Below are positions 1-10,484 of a stretch of DNA of 64,000 bases, in pieces. How positions within the stretch are numbered: position 1 is the first letter of the stretch; every line of letters begins with the position of its first letter. The notes under the pieces were generated by a model that saw only the letters and a program-made list of their open reading frames with translations, did not search any database and had not been told where the DNA came from. Source of the stretch: a virus (Duplodnaviria; Heunggongvirae; Uroviricota; Caudoviricetes); IMG/VR virus record IMGVR_UViG_3300042885_000900. One strand, given 5' to 3'. Both the position numbers and the translations under genes were made by a program.

Positions 1-14
1 AAGCTGTTGGTGAA

Positions 15-398
15 GTGGATGAAACAACCGAAGGGTTTAAAAGAAATAAAGATTTAAGAGATAAGAAAGAAATTACATACCAACAATTAAAACGAATGAA
101 AAATTGGTTTGATAATTTTGATGGTCACGAAAATGATACCACACATATTTTAAATGGTGGACATTATGTGAAAAATTGGGTCAATGACACATTAAATTCT
201 ATGAGAGATAATGTTGAGAATACTAAACAGAATAAGTCTGAAGTATTACCAAATCAATTCATCCAACCTCACGAAAAAAATGATATGACAAAGATGAATA
301 GACCAACTCAATCACATAAGTCAGCCGTGAATAGATATGATTCAGCAATTGTTGAGAATTTACAAAGAATAAACGATTTAATAAAAAAAATAATTTAA
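15..398 (+). CDS. hypothetical protein (5'-truncated by window edge)
   Basis: Open frame from the window start; C-terminus IVENLQRINDLIKK resembles a motif shared with other proteins here. Confidence 0.7.
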   Translation: MDETTEGFKRNKDLRDKKEITYQQLKRMKNWFDNFDGHENDTTHILNGGHYVKNWVNDTLNSMRDNVENTKQNKSEVLPNQFIQPHEKNDMTKMNRPTQSHKSAVNRYDSAIVENLQRINDLIKKII

Positions 399-401
399 GT
401 T

Positions 402-695
402 ATGGCAAATTTAGACCCAATAGACTTGGCTCAACCAGAAAATAAGTTGTCGTCTATCGCGACAGCACAAAGAGCAATATTATTCCCAAAAAACGATTAT
501 AAAACAACTAACCAATATTCTTCGGTTAATCCTGACGCATTGGCGGATGGAGATACTAAAGGTAAAGGGACTGGTGGTGATTTAGATGTTTATAATCAAG
601 GTGCCGGAGCAATCCAAGACATTTTAGAAAGAAAATCTGAAATAGTTGTGAATACCTTTAAACCAAACGCACCTTACACCACACCAAGCGCTTAA
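402..695 (+). CDS. hypothetical (likely virion) protein
   Basis: 97-aa ORF tightly packed between neighbours. Confidence 0.7.
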   Translation: MANLDPIDLAQPENKLSSIATAQRAILFPKNDYKTTNQYSSVNPDALADGDTKGKGTGGDLDVYNQGAGAIQDILERKSEIVVNTFKPNAPYTTPSA

Positions 696-1111
696 TGAAA
701 CTTTACAATACATTTAAGTCCCTTATTTTAGAAGTAGCGTCAGTTGACTCAATAGTCAATGCTATAAAAAATAAAGACAAGATAATAATTTACTACGATG
801 GTGATGAACCTGGTGGTCGTGGATTAAGGGAGATAGAACCTGTATGTTTTGGATACAGTAAAGCCGATAACCCTGTTCTACGAGCTTGGGATACTCAAGG
901 AGCGTCTCACACCGGTTATAAAGGAGAACAACCTCTACCAGGATGGAGACTTTTTAGAGCAGATAAAATTCTCTCTTTTAAACCATCCGGAGAAAAGTTT
1001 GACACACCAAAACCCGGCTATAATACAGCCGGAGATAAAAGTATGACAAGAGTTATCATAAATGCGGTTTTTAATGAGCAACCAACTCAAACAGAACCAA
1101 CACAATATTAA
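695..1111 (+). CDS. stand-alone WYL-domain-like protein
   Basis: I.Y....G.R.IEP..FG....LRAW...GWRLFR.DKI pattern typical of WYL domains. Confidence 0.7.
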   Translation: MKLYNTFKSLILEVASVDSIVNAIKNKDKIIIYYDGDEPGGRGLREIEPVCFGYSKADNPVLRAWDTQGASHTGYKGEQPLPGWRLFRADKILSFKPSGEKFDTPKPGYNTAGDKSMTRVIINAVFNEQPTQTEPTQY

Positions 1112-1117
1112 AACATT

Positions 1118-1729
1118 ATGACAAACGAAAATAGTTTAATGGAAAAATTAATGGTGTCTAAAAAAATGATAGACATTCATAACCAAACACCAAGAGGGGG
1201 ATTACCTTCTATGAATTCATATAATTCACCTGAAGTAGAATCATACGATGCTCCACAAGCAAAGTATTCATTACCTCAAGAGTTTTTACAAGAAAATTCA
1301 ACAACAAATGAACCTTATTTATCGTCAATACCTAAAACACCAACGATGCCACAACCTCTTACAAGTGATAGAGTTATGTCATCTAAATTACCTGACGAAA
1401 TAAAACGATTAATGATAGAACACCCAATTAACCAACCAAGTTCTATGGGTGGTGGTTCAGTTTTATCTGATGAATTAGTTGAAAAAGCGTCAAAATTAAT
1501 GAATTTAAAAGGTAATCAACAACCAACCCAAGTTGTTAAAGAACAATCATCTCAACCAAATTTTAATAACAAACAATTAAAGGAAATGTTAAAAGAAGTT
1601 GTTGAGGAAGTTTTATTAGAAAATGGTGTGATTGCCGAATCAACACAAAAATCAAACGAACTCTTCTCTTTTAAAGTTGGAAAACATGTTTTTGAAGGTA
1701 AGGTAACCAAGATTAAAAAATTATCTTAA
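1118..1729 (+). CDS. hypothetical protein
   Basis: 203-aa ORF followed by a terminator. Confidence 0.7.
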   Translation: MTNENSLMEKLMVSKKMIDIHNQTPRGGLPSMNSYNSPEVESYDAPQAKYSLPQEFLQENSTTNEPYLSSIPKTPTMPQPLTSDRVMSSKLPDEIKRLMIEHPINQPSSMGGGSVLSDELVEKASKLMNLKGNQQPTQVVKEQSSQPNFNNKQLKEMLKEVVEEVLLENGVIAESTQKSNELFSFKVGKHVFEGKVTKIKKLS

Positions 1730-1749
1730 CTTTATTTACTCTCAAGATT

Positions 1750-1780
1750 AACCCTCATCTACCAAGTTGGGGGTTTTTTT
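1750..1780 (+). terminator. intrinsic terminator
   Basis: aaccctca...tgggggtt stem followed by a U-tract. Confidence 0.6.
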
Positions 1781-1837
1781 ATTTAAAAAACTTTCCTTTT
1801 GATTAAACCGGTATATTTATATAATAAAGATAAAGTT

Positions 1838-2752
1838 ATGGATATTAAAACTGAAAAAAAAATTATCTCCGAATATAAAAAGGGGAAAAGTAGTTTAGAA
1901 ATTGTTAAAATTGTTGGATTATCAAAACCAACAATTCTTAAAGTACTACACAAACATAATTTAGTTAGAAAAAGAGATAGATGTTCTTCTTTAAATATTA
2001 AAAAAGATGGGGAAAAATACTATATTATTCGTAAATGTCCAAAATGTGGTCAAGACATAAAAACTACATCAAAAGATAGAACAATTGCTTGTCGGAATTA
2101 TTTTAATTCCATAAATAAAAATAGTAATTGTGTTAAATGTATGTCAGAATCTTTTATTGGTGAGGGAAATCATTTTTTTGGTAAAACTCACAAAAAAGAA
2201 AGTTTAGAAAAAATATCCAAAAGTAAAAAAGGTCAAAATTCAGGGGATAAAAATCATATGAAACAAGAAAAATATCGTCAAATGAGTAGAGATATTATGA
2301 GGTCAAATTGGGATAACGGTATATTAGATAGGGGTGTAATTTCTGAGCAAATGAAACAAACTCAACGAAGTGGTAAAATTAAATCAACTATTGTTTCAAA
2401 AAAAGAAAAAGAGATTGTTAAAGAATTGAGAAAATTAGGTTATAAAATAATTCATTCATATCGGGTTGATAGTAAAGTGTGTGATGTATATATCCCATCA
2501 TTAAATTTAATTATAGAGTATTTTGGAGATTATTGGCATTGTAATCCAAAAAAATATGAACCAAATTATTTTAATCAGAAAAAAAATAAATTTGCTTGGG
2601 AATTATGGGATTATGATAAAAAGAAACTTGAATTAATTAAAAGTTATGGTTATAATTTAGAAGTTGTGTGGGAGGGAGACCTAAAACTCAACAATAAATT
2701 AATAGAAATCATAATAGAATCCTATGTCACAAAACTCACTTCAACGCCCTAA
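1838..2752 (+). CDS. free-standing homing-type endonuclease (NUMOD3-like repeats + Vsr/DUF559-like PD-(D/E)XK domain)
   Basis: NHFFGKTH..E....IS NUMOD3-like motif, CxxC pairs, C-terminal CDVYIPSLNLIIEYFGDYWH...VVWE; ATG at 1838 follows a TATTTAT motif. Confidence 0.75.
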   Translation: MDIKTEKKIISEYKKGKSSLEIVKIVGLSKPTILKVLHKHNLVRKRDRCSSLNIKKDGEKYYIIRKCPKCGQDIKTTSKDRTIACRNYFNSINKNSNCVKCMSESFIGEGNHFFGKTHKKESLEKISKSKKGQNSGDKNHMKQEKYRQMSRDIMRSNWDNGILDRGVISEQMKQTQRSGKIKSTIVSKKEKEIVKELRKLGYKIIHSYRVDSKVCDVYIPSLNLIIEYFGDYWHCNPKKYEPNYFNQKKNKFAWELWDYDKKKLELIKSYGYNLEVVWEGDLKLNNKLIEIIIESYVTKLTSTP

Positions 2753-3983
2753 CGGTCAAGAAAAGATTAGCGTACTCGTACTGCCATCTGACCGCTCGGG
2801 CGTTGGTTAACAAAACGGTAAATTTCGCTCAGTCGACCCCCATGTATTCCTACAAAATCAATATCCCGATGATTTTCATGTGGATATTGATTACGACCCA
2901 AAGATAGATGATATTAATTATTGGAAAAAATATCAGATAATTCACGCACATAGAACTATTGGTAATAACTACGATGTGTCGGCACAAATAATTAAAGGGT
3001 TAAAAGAATTAGGGATTATTGTTATTGTTGATATTGATGATTATTGGTTACCAACAGTAGACCACCCAATCCATAGTATTATTGTAAAACATAAAATCCA
3101 CGAAAAAATAGTTGCAAATTTAAAAGAAGCCAGTTATGTTACAACAACAACTGATTTATTTGCAAACGAAATTCGTAAGCTTAATAAAAATGTACTAGTT
3201 TTACCAAACGCTATAAATCCAAAAGAGGGTCAATTTAATCAACCAACACCACCATCAGAAAAAATTAGAGTCGGATGGCTTGGAGGTAGTTCTCACATTG
3301 AGGATTTAAATTTGTTGGGGAATTTTGTTCAAAAAAATCAAGACATAAATGATAAATTACAATATGTTATTTGTGGTTTTGATATTAGAGGTACCGTAAC
3401 GGAAATGAATCCACAAACAGGTGAAGAAAGAAAAAGAGATATATTACCTCACGAAACTGTTTGGACTAAATATGAAGATATTTTCACTAACAAGTATAAA
3501 ACCATAGATGAGAACTATAAAAAACATTTATTAGAGTTCAAAGAAAGAGAATTTTTATCAACAAGTGATTTACCATATGTTAGAGTTTGGACAAAACCTG
3601 TTACAACTTACGCTATGAATTATTCAAAATTTGATATATCTTTGGCACCAATTAAAAATCATATATTCAATAGGATGAAATCTCAATTAAAGGTGATTGA
3701 GGCTGGGTTTTATAAAAAAGCGTTAATTGCTTCAGAAATCGGACCTTACACCATTGATTTAAAACATTGTTTGAAAAATGGTAATTTTACAGATGGTAAC
3801 GCAATTTTAATACCCGAGAATAGAAATCATAGTGATTGGTCTAAATCAATTAAAAAATTGGTTCAAAACCCTGAAATGATTACTGAATTAGGCGAGAGAT
3901 TATTTGAAACTGTTAAAGACAAATATGATTTAAAAAATGTGACCGTTACAAGAGCAGAATTTTACAAATCTTTAATTAAATAA
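2724..3983 (+). CDS. GT-B (GT4-like) glycosyltransferase interrupted by an in-frame TAA at 2808-2810
   Basis: ATG 2724 is in frame with ORF 2880-3983; reads ...VLVLPSDRSGVG*QNGKFRSVDPH...; body has DIDDYW, GWLGGSSH, FNRMKSQLKVIEAG motifs. Confidence 0.75.
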
Positions 3984-3986
3984 AAA

Positions 3987-4688
3987 ATGATAAACATACC
4001 TTTAACCAAAATATTGTTTCTTGATATTGAAACAGTTGGTGGATGTAAAAACTATACCGAGTGTAAAGTTAACAATCCTAATGTGGCAAAACAATTTGAA
4101 AAATATTTTGATTGGTTTCAAAAAAGATTTCCGGAAGATGTTGGTCGGTCATTTGACTATGTCTTTGAAAAACGAGCGGCATTAGTTCCCGAGTTTGCAA
4201 AAATTGTTTGTGTTAGTGTTGCTTTCGTTATGGATAATGGAGATATTAAAAAACAATCATTCTCCGGAGATGATGAAAAAAAATTACTAAAAGATTGCCA
4301 AACATTACTTAATCGTTGTGGTAAATTAGATTTTTATCTATGTGGACATAATCTTAAAAATTTTGACATCCCAATGTTGGCAAAAAGAATGATAATTAAC
4401 GGATTAAAACCATCCTCAATACTACCGTCTTACAATACAAAACCGTGGGAGATTAAAGCCATTGACACCAAAGAAATTTGGCAATACGGAGCTTACACCG
4501 CAATTGGTTCATTGGACTTAATGTGTTCTTGTATGGATGTTCCATCACCAAAGGAAGGTGATGTTACTGGAGATAAAGTTCACGACGCGTATTGGAATAA
4601 AAATATGTTATCAGAAATCACTGCTTATTGTGAGCGTGATGTGTTAGTATTAATTGATGTAATAAAAAAATTAAAAGAATTAGAATAA
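3987..4688 (+). CDS. 3'-5' exonuclease (DEDDy, PolB-exonuclease-like)
   Basis: FLDIET, GHNLKNFDIP, YCERDV motifs. Confidence 0.85.
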   Translation: MINIPLTKILFLDIETVGGCKNYTECKVNNPNVAKQFEKYFDWFQKRFPEDVGRSFDYVFEKRAALVPEFAKIVCVSVAFVMDNGDIKKQSFSGDDEKKLLKDCQTLLNRCGKLDFYLCGHNLKNFDIPMLAKRMIINGLKPSSILPSYNTKPWEIKAIDTKEIWQYGAYTAIGSLDLMCSCMDVPSPKEGDVTGDKVHDAYWNKNMLSEITAYCERDVLVLIDVIKKLKELE

Positions 4689-5284
4689 TGGAATATAATA
4701 ATTTAGATTTTTTAGAGGAAAAGGCTAAAGAATTAAGACAAAGATTAGAGGGTGATTTTGAAGATTTAGATATGACCGAAATGATGAATGAATTGGGTGT
4801 TGATATTAAAGATTTAGAGGATAAAATGTTAAATCATAGAACTAAATTACCTTTACAATTTAATAAATTACATCCCGATGCCGTAACACCTAAATACAAT
4901 TACGAAGGTGATTCGGGATTTGATTTACATTCTATTGATGAGATAATTATACCCCCATTTGGAAGAGCTTTAGTCCCAACAGGATTATCCTTTGACATTA
5001 AAGATGGTTATGAAATTCAAGTTAGAACCAAAAGTGGGTTAGCCATTAATCAGGGTCTTATGATATTAAATTCTCCCGGAACAGTAGATTCCTCATACAC
5101 AGGAGAAATAAAAGGAATTATTTTTAACACTAACCCTTTTGAGTTTACAATACCTAAAGGTATGAAAATAGGACAAGCTGTTCTATGTCCTGTTGTAAAT
5201 GGGGGGTGGGTTGACTTAATTGAGGTTAACAAAATAAACGAAAAAGATAGAGGTGAGAATGGATTTGGAAGTACAGGAATATAA
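4688..5284 (+). CDS. dut: dUTPase
   Basis: SGFDL, RTKSGLA, PGTVDSSYTGEI, RGENGFGSTG motifs. Confidence 0.95.
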   Translation: MEYNNLDFLEEKAKELRQRLEGDFEDLDMTEMMNELGVDIKDLEDKMLNHRTKLPLQFNKLHPDAVTPKYNYEGDSGFDLHSIDEIIIPPFGRALVPTGLSFDIKDGYEIQVRTKSGLAINQGLMILNSPGTVDSSYTGEIKGIIFNTNPFEFTIPKGMKIGQAVLCPVVNGGWVDLIEVNKINEKDRGENGFGSTGI

Positions 5285-5306
5285 CTCAACAAATTTAAAA
5301 GTGGTC

Positions 5307-5834
5307 ATGAGACCTTATGAATCAGAACACGAATTAAGATTGTTTTGTCAAGAATTAAGAGAAACTTTAGGAGATTCTCCTACAATTGTTGAGCTTGGTT
5401 CATACATGGGAGAAAGTAGTTTAATTTTTTCACAAGAATTTCCGAATGGAAAAATTATATGTATTGACTCGTGGGAAGGAGGTTTTGATGATTCTGATTC
5501 TGCTAGCCACGCTGATTATATTGATGTTGAAGAACAATTTGATTTAAGATTATCGTCTGTAAATAACATTACAAAATTAAAAGGGTATTCAACAGACTTT
5601 ACAATAGAATGTGATATGGTTTATATTGACGCTTGTCATAAATATGAGTGTGTTATGAACGATATTAAACATTGGAACCCATTGACTAAAAAAGTTATCT
5701 CTGGTCATGATTATAATACAGATGAATTTATTGTGGTTCATTCACATATAGCCGGAGTTAAAGTGGCAATAAACGAATCATTAGGAGTTCCGGATAAAAC
5801 ATTCGGAGATGGCTCTTGGTTTAAATTAAAATAA
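5307..5834 (+). CDS. class I SAM-dependent methyltransferase (Methyltransf_24-like)
   Basis: VELGSYMGES, IDSW, VYIDACHKYE, SGHDY; start placed at ATG 5307. Confidence 0.8.
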   Translation: MRPYESEHELRLFCQELRETLGDSPTIVELGSYMGESSLIFSQEFPNGKIICIDSWEGGFDDSDSASHADYIDVEEQFDLRLSSVNNITKLKGYSTDFTIECDMVYIDACHKYECVMNDIKHWNPLTKKVISGHDYNTDEFIVVHSHIAGVKVAINESLGVPDKTFGDGSWFKLK

Positions 5835-5835
5835 T

Positions 5836-6384
5836 ATGAAACATTTTTATATAGAGATTGATGGGTTTGCCGCGGATGAGGAACAAGGAGAATTACTTAG
5901 AACGATATTAACTAAAATTGATACCAAAACAAGTATAAATATTGCTGAAATTGGTGTTTATAAAGGAAGAGGAACCTCATTATGGAATATAGAATTAATG
6001 AACCATAATGTTGAATACACTTATTACGCGATAGACCATTTCATGGGGTCTAATGAACATGATAAATCGGTAGATTATTATAATATAACATTAAATAATT
6101 TACGACCAATACTTAATAAAATACATTTAATAAAAAATGATTCAGTTTCTGAATCGCAAAATTACCCTGATAATTTTTTTGATATTGTCTATATTGATGC
6201 GTCTCATGAATATGAATATGTCCTTGAAGATATTAAAAAATGGTTACCAAAAGTTAAAGATGGTGGTATAATTTGCGGAGATGATTACATTAGTGGATGG
6301 GACGGGGTAATAATAGGGGTAAATGAAGTATTCCAAGATAAAGTGAATATTGTTGGGAAACAACAATGGTGGGTTAAAAAATAA
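5836..6384 (+). CDS. class I SAM-dependent methyltransferase (Methyltransf_24-like)
   Basis: AEIGVYKG, IDHF, YIDASHEYE, GGIICGDDY. Confidence 0.85.
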   Translation: MKHFYIEIDGFAADEEQGELLRTILTKIDTKTSINIAEIGVYKGRGTSLWNIELMNHNVEYTYYAIDHFMGSNEHDKSVDYYNITLNNLRPILNKIHLIKNDSVSESQNYPDNFFDIVYIDASHEYEYVLEDIKKWLPKVKDGGIICGDDYISGWDGVIIGVNEVFQDKVNIVGKQQWWVKK

Positions 6385-6388
6385 TAAT

Positions 6389-7120
6389 ATGAGAGTAGCA
6401 TTAGTTTGTATTGCAAAAAATGAAGATAATTACATCCAAGAATGGGTTGATTATAATAAAAAATTGGGGTTTGACGACATTTTTATTTATCAAAACAATT
6501 GGAGATGTTCTATTGATGAACCAAATGTAATTAAAATAGAATACGATGGGACAACAAGACAAGTACCCTGTTATAATGAATTTATTAAAAATTATAAAAA
6601 AGATTATGATTGGGCAGCATTTTTTGATGTTGATGAGTTTTTGGTCTTAAAAAAACATAAGAATATTAAAGAATTCATTTATGACTATAAAGACCATAAT
6701 GGTATTGGTGTTAATTGGGTTCTGTTCGGGGATAATGGTTTATCTGAAATTAACAACGAATATAGTATGGTTAAAAGATTCACAAAATGTCAATCAAAAC
6801 CAAATGAACACATTAAAACAATTCTTAATTTAAAAGAACCTAATTTTATGAATGTTCACTCTCCAGACAGAGAAATTGTTGACACTAATCATGTAAAATT
6901 TAGAGGACCCTTTAACTATAAAGGGTTAACAGACATTGCACAACTCAATCATTACTTTTGTAAAACGAAAGAAGAGTTCATTCTTAAATGTAGTAGGGGG
7001 AGAGCAGATTACACTATTAGTAGGTCAATTAAAGAGTTTGATTCACATAATTTTAATGAAATTACAGATTTAACAGCATACAATTTTTTCTATGGTAACA
7101 ATAATATACTCAACACATAA
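6389..7120 (+). CDS. GT-A glycosyltransferase (GT92/GT2-like)
   Basis: CIAKNE..YI.EW..Y...LGFD, FFDVDEF motifs. Confidence 0.8.
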   Translation: MRVALVCIAKNEDNYIQEWVDYNKKLGFDDIFIYQNNWRCSIDEPNVIKIEYDGTTRQVPCYNEFIKNYKKDYDWAAFFDVDEFLVLKKHKNIKEFIYDYKDHNGIGVNWVLFGDNGLSEINNEYSMVKRFTKCQSKPNEHIKTILNLKEPNFMNVHSPDREIVDTNHVKFRGPFNYKGLTDIAQLNHYFCKTKEEFILKCSRGRADYTISRSIKEFDSHNFNEITDLTAYNFFYGNNNILNT

Positions 7121-8615
7121 AGACGAAACATGCAATAACAAATTTAGACAACATTTGTTACAAAGTTCAGGTTTAAAAGATATTCAAATATTAGAATATA
7201 TTAACCACAATCAATATAGTTTATCCGAATTATACAATAGAGGTATTTCTGAATCAGAGAATGATATTATTGTATGTTGTCATAACGATATTAAACTTGA
7301 AAATGGTTGGGGTAAGAAATTATTAAAAGATTTTGACGAAAACCCTGATTATGGTATTATAGGTAAAGCAGGTTCTTGTTATTTTCCGGAATCAGGGGTT
7401 TACTGGGAAAAAATGAATGAAACAATGGTTGGGCAAGTTTATCACCACCCTAAAGGACAGAATAAGTGGTTAAGTACTTATTCATCAAAATTACCTTATT
7501 TAATACCTGTCGTGACTATTGACGGGTTATTCATATCATTTAATAAGTTAAAAGTTAAACATCAATTTGATGAGACAATAGGTAAATTTCATTTTTATGA
7601 CCATTTATTTTGTGTCCCAAATTACTTAGATGGTATTAAAATTGGTGTTACCTCATCTTTTGAAATTACTCACGAATCCGTTGGTAAACCTAATATAGAA
7701 TTTTATCAATCAAAAGATATGTTCATTAAAAAATGGGGTAATAAATTACCTTTGGATTTAAAACCTTTGGAGGTTCATATACCAATTATAAAAGAAAAAC
7801 AATTAAAAAATATTGGTAGAGTCGCTGTAATTATACCAACAAAAGGTAAGACAGACTTATTATTTTCCTGTGTAAACTCTTTTATAAAAAATTGTAATCC
7901 CCAATTATTTGATGTATTTATTGCCGACACTGGGTCGTCAGATTTTGAAAAAAAAGAAATTAAAGAATTTATATTAGATAACCAAACTAATATTAGGATA
8001 ACCTTAATTGAGTATGATTATTATAATTTTGCAAAAATTAATAATGATGTGGTTAAAAATCATATAACCGATGAATACGAATTTTTATTATTTTGCAATA
8101 ACGATATTAAAATCCTTAACAACGTTATTTACGGGATGTTAAAACATTTTAAAGAAAATCCAAAAATTGGGACTGTTGGATGTAGATTACATTACGGAAA
8201 TAACACAATACAACATAATGGTATTGTCGCCAATTTTGATTCTGTTGGTAATTTTGGAGTAGGTCATATAGACTTAAATAAATACTATTCTAAAACATAT
8301 AAAGTTAATGATGTTATCGGTTCAACGGGTGGACTACTGATGATTAAAAAAATTATTTTTGAAAAATTAGGTTATTTTAACGAAAATTACATTTCTTGTT
8401 TCGAGGATGTTGAATTAAATTTAAAATCCACTTTATTATGTTATCGGAATATTTGCGACACTAGCTTAGTGGCGTATCATTTTGAAAGTCAAACTCGAAA
8501 TGATGACCCTGAAAATTTAAAAAAATTACAACTTGATTTTAAGAACACTTTATTCCCATTTGTTTCTAATAATATAGAAAGACTACACAAACATATTTTA
8601 ATGATTAAAACATAG
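7092..8615 (+). CDS. two-domain GT2-family glycosyltransferase
   Basis: CCHNDI, IDGLF, FHFYD; second domain IIPT, NFAKINN, FCNNDI, FEDVELNL. Confidence 0.85.
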   Translation: MVTIIYSTHKDETCNNKFRQHLLQSSGLKDIQILEYINHNQYSLSELYNRGISESENDIIVCCHNDIKLENGWGKKLLKDFDENPDYGIIGKAGSCYFPESGVYWEKMNETMVGQVYHHPKGQNKWLSTYSSKLPYLIPVVTIDGLFISFNKLKVKHQFDETIGKFHFYDHLFCVPNYLDGIKIGVTSSFEITHESVGKPNIEFYQSKDMFIKKWGNKLPLDLKPLEVHIPIIKEKQLKNIGRVAVIIPTKGKTDLLFSCVNSFIKNCNPQLFDVFIADTGSSDFEKKEIKEFILDNQTNIRITLIEYDYYNFAKINNDVVKNHITDEYEFLLFCNNDIKILNNVIYGMLKHFKENPKIGTVGCRLHYGNNTIQHNGIVANFDSVGNFGVGHIDLNKYYSKTYKVNDVIGSTGGLLMIKKIIFEKLGYFNENYISCFEDVELNLKSTLLCYRNICDTSLVAYHFESQTRNDDPENLKKLQLDFKNTLFPFVSNNIERLHKHILMIKT

Positions 8616-8661
8616 ACATTTAAATTAAAAGAAGTATTCTTATAAAATAAAAAACAATCAT

Positions 8662-9405
8662 ATGATGGCTGAACAACGAAAAAAAAAACCAACCACCACC
8701 CCTATCCCTGAACCAACAGGTAAACCGGTAAGTAAAAAAGAGTTAATTGGGCAAATAATTAAGAGAAAAACTAAAGAAAAGTTTTTAACTTTAAATCAAA
8801 AAAAGTATTACGACACCTTAATTGAAAGTGAGATTACTGTTTGTTCCGGTCCCGCCGGAACAGGCAAAAGTTACATCTCAATGAAAGCCGCTATTGATTT
8901 ATTATCCGACCCCGAAACACCATATGAAAAGATTATGATTGTTCGTCCTGCGGTTGAAAGTAGTTCATCTACGTTAGGGAGTCTTCCCGGTGATTTACGA
9001 GAAAAAATGGGACCATATGTTTATTCATCACTATCGTTATTACATAAAATAATCGGTAAAGAAACTACAGAGAAATTGGAACAGTCGGGTGTTTTGGAAA
9101 TAATGTCTTTATCATTTCTTAGAGGGTTTAACGCCGACAATATGATTTTAATTTTAGAAGAAAGTCAAAATTCTACACCGTCTGAAATGAAAATGTTGTT
9201 AACAAGGATTGGGTTTAACGCTAAATTTTTCATAAGTGGAGATATTGAACAATCAGACAAATTTAAAAAAAAGGAGTTATCGGGTTTATACGACGCAATC
9301 AAAAGATTATCCGATGTTAAAAATATTGGGATATTTGAATTTAATAATGATGATGTCGTTAGAAACCCTATTATTAAAATAATCTTACAAAGATATGAGG
9401 ATTAA
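8662..9405 (+). CDS. phoH: PhoH-family ATPase
   Basis: GPAGTGKS, RPAVE, LGSLPGD, LRG, ESQN, GDIEQSD, DVVRNP. Confidence 0.95.
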   Translation: MMAEQRKKKPTTTPIPEPTGKPVSKKELIGQIIKRKTKEKFLTLNQKKYYDTLIESEITVCSGPAGTGKSYISMKAAIDLLSDPETPYEKIMIVRPAVESSSSTLGSLPGDLREKMGPYVYSSLSLLHKIIGKETTEKLEQSGVLEIMSLSFLRGFNADNMILILEESQNSTPSEMKMLLTRIGFNAKFFISGDIEQSDKFKKKELSGLYDAIKRLSDVKNIGIFEFNNDDVVRNPIIKIILQRYED

Positions 9406-10400
9406 TTTTTAATTCTTTGTAAATTAACCAATAGATGGTTTAGTTTATTTTTTTTAACATAAGAATAAGTACCAAAATCATTAGTGATTAATTCATTAAG
9501 GTATTGGTACTTATTTATTTTTTCAATAACTTCACCCAATTCTCGTTTTTTTCTTCTACAACACATATGTTTAGTTAATTCATCAATTAAACCTAATTTT
9601 GATATTTTAACATAAATTGGACGCTCATTTTTATAAAACTCAGCAAATGAATTATATGTGTTAGTAATCTTAATTAAATCGTCAATATCATATACTTCAG
9701 AATAAGGGTTACCAATAATAACATTATTAATTTCATTAACCGATATGTTAATTTTTAAATCTTCAAGTTTTAATATTAATTGATTTTTTATATCTGTTTC
9801 ATAATCTCTATTATTTTCGTTAAGAGTTATTAATGTGATGTTTTTTAATAATGATAAATTATTTTTTAACTTATCCCGTTCGTTATCAATATGCCATCCC
9901 TTACCGTTATATTCAAACCCAAGATTATAGTCTGGTAAATATACATCAATTTCATATGGTTTTAATGTTCTTCTATCATTATAGACTATATTATCAGTGT
10001 TATATAATTTAGAAATAATATCTTTAAGAATTAATTGTGGAATACTAAACGACTTTGAAATCATATGGGAACAGATATCATTTAAAACACCATTTCGTCT
10101 TGAAGAAGAGTATGCTGACGGGTCATTCTTTTGAAATTCCGATTTTGTTTTATATTTTTTTGCAATTAATGATAATGTTTCGTAATTCAAATCCCTACCA
10201 ACCATTTTATTTCTTTTAGAGATACATTTTGATTTATGAGAGTTTGATTTATGTAACCCTAATTTATTTGCTTTAACATAAATAGATAGTTTAGTTCTAT
10301 CCAGAATTTTACACAATTCAGAATTAAACATATTTGAATAATTTTTCACTAAATAATTAATTTCGTCTTCCGACCAAACTTTTCTTTTATTTTCTTCCAT
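9402..10400 (-). CDS. homing-type PD-(D/E)XK endonuclease
   Basis: YEIDVYLPDYNLGFEYNGKGWH plus repeated helical DNA-binding units; antisense to its neighbours. Confidence 0.65.
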   Translation of the reverse strand: MEENKRKVWSEDEINYLVKNYSNMFNSELCKILDRTKLSIYVKANKLGLHKSNSHKSKCISKRNKMVGRDLNYETLSLIAKKYKTKSEFQKNDPSAYSSSRRNGVLNDICSHMISKSFSIPQLILKDIISKLYNTDNIVYNDRRTLKPYEIDVYLPDYNLGFEYNGKGWHIDNERDKLKNNLSLLKNITLITLNENNRDYETDIKNQLILKLEDLKINISVNEINNVIIGNPYSEVYDIDDLIKITNTYNSFAEFYKNERPIYVKISKLGLIDELTKHMCCRRKKRELGEVIEKINKYQYLNELITNDFGTYSYVKKNKLNHLLVNLQRIKN

Positions 10401-10484
10401 ATATTATATAAATACCCTAATTTTTCTTAAAAGTCAAATATTTACAAAAAAAAATATATAATTATTTTAATATAAAACAAATAA

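Noticed and set aside
5278-7115. Possible target-site duplication (aatataactcaaca / aatatactcaaca) flanking the MTase-MTase-GT cassette
   Set aside because: Imperfect 13-14 nt match in very AT-rich DNA; could be chance without a comparison genome.
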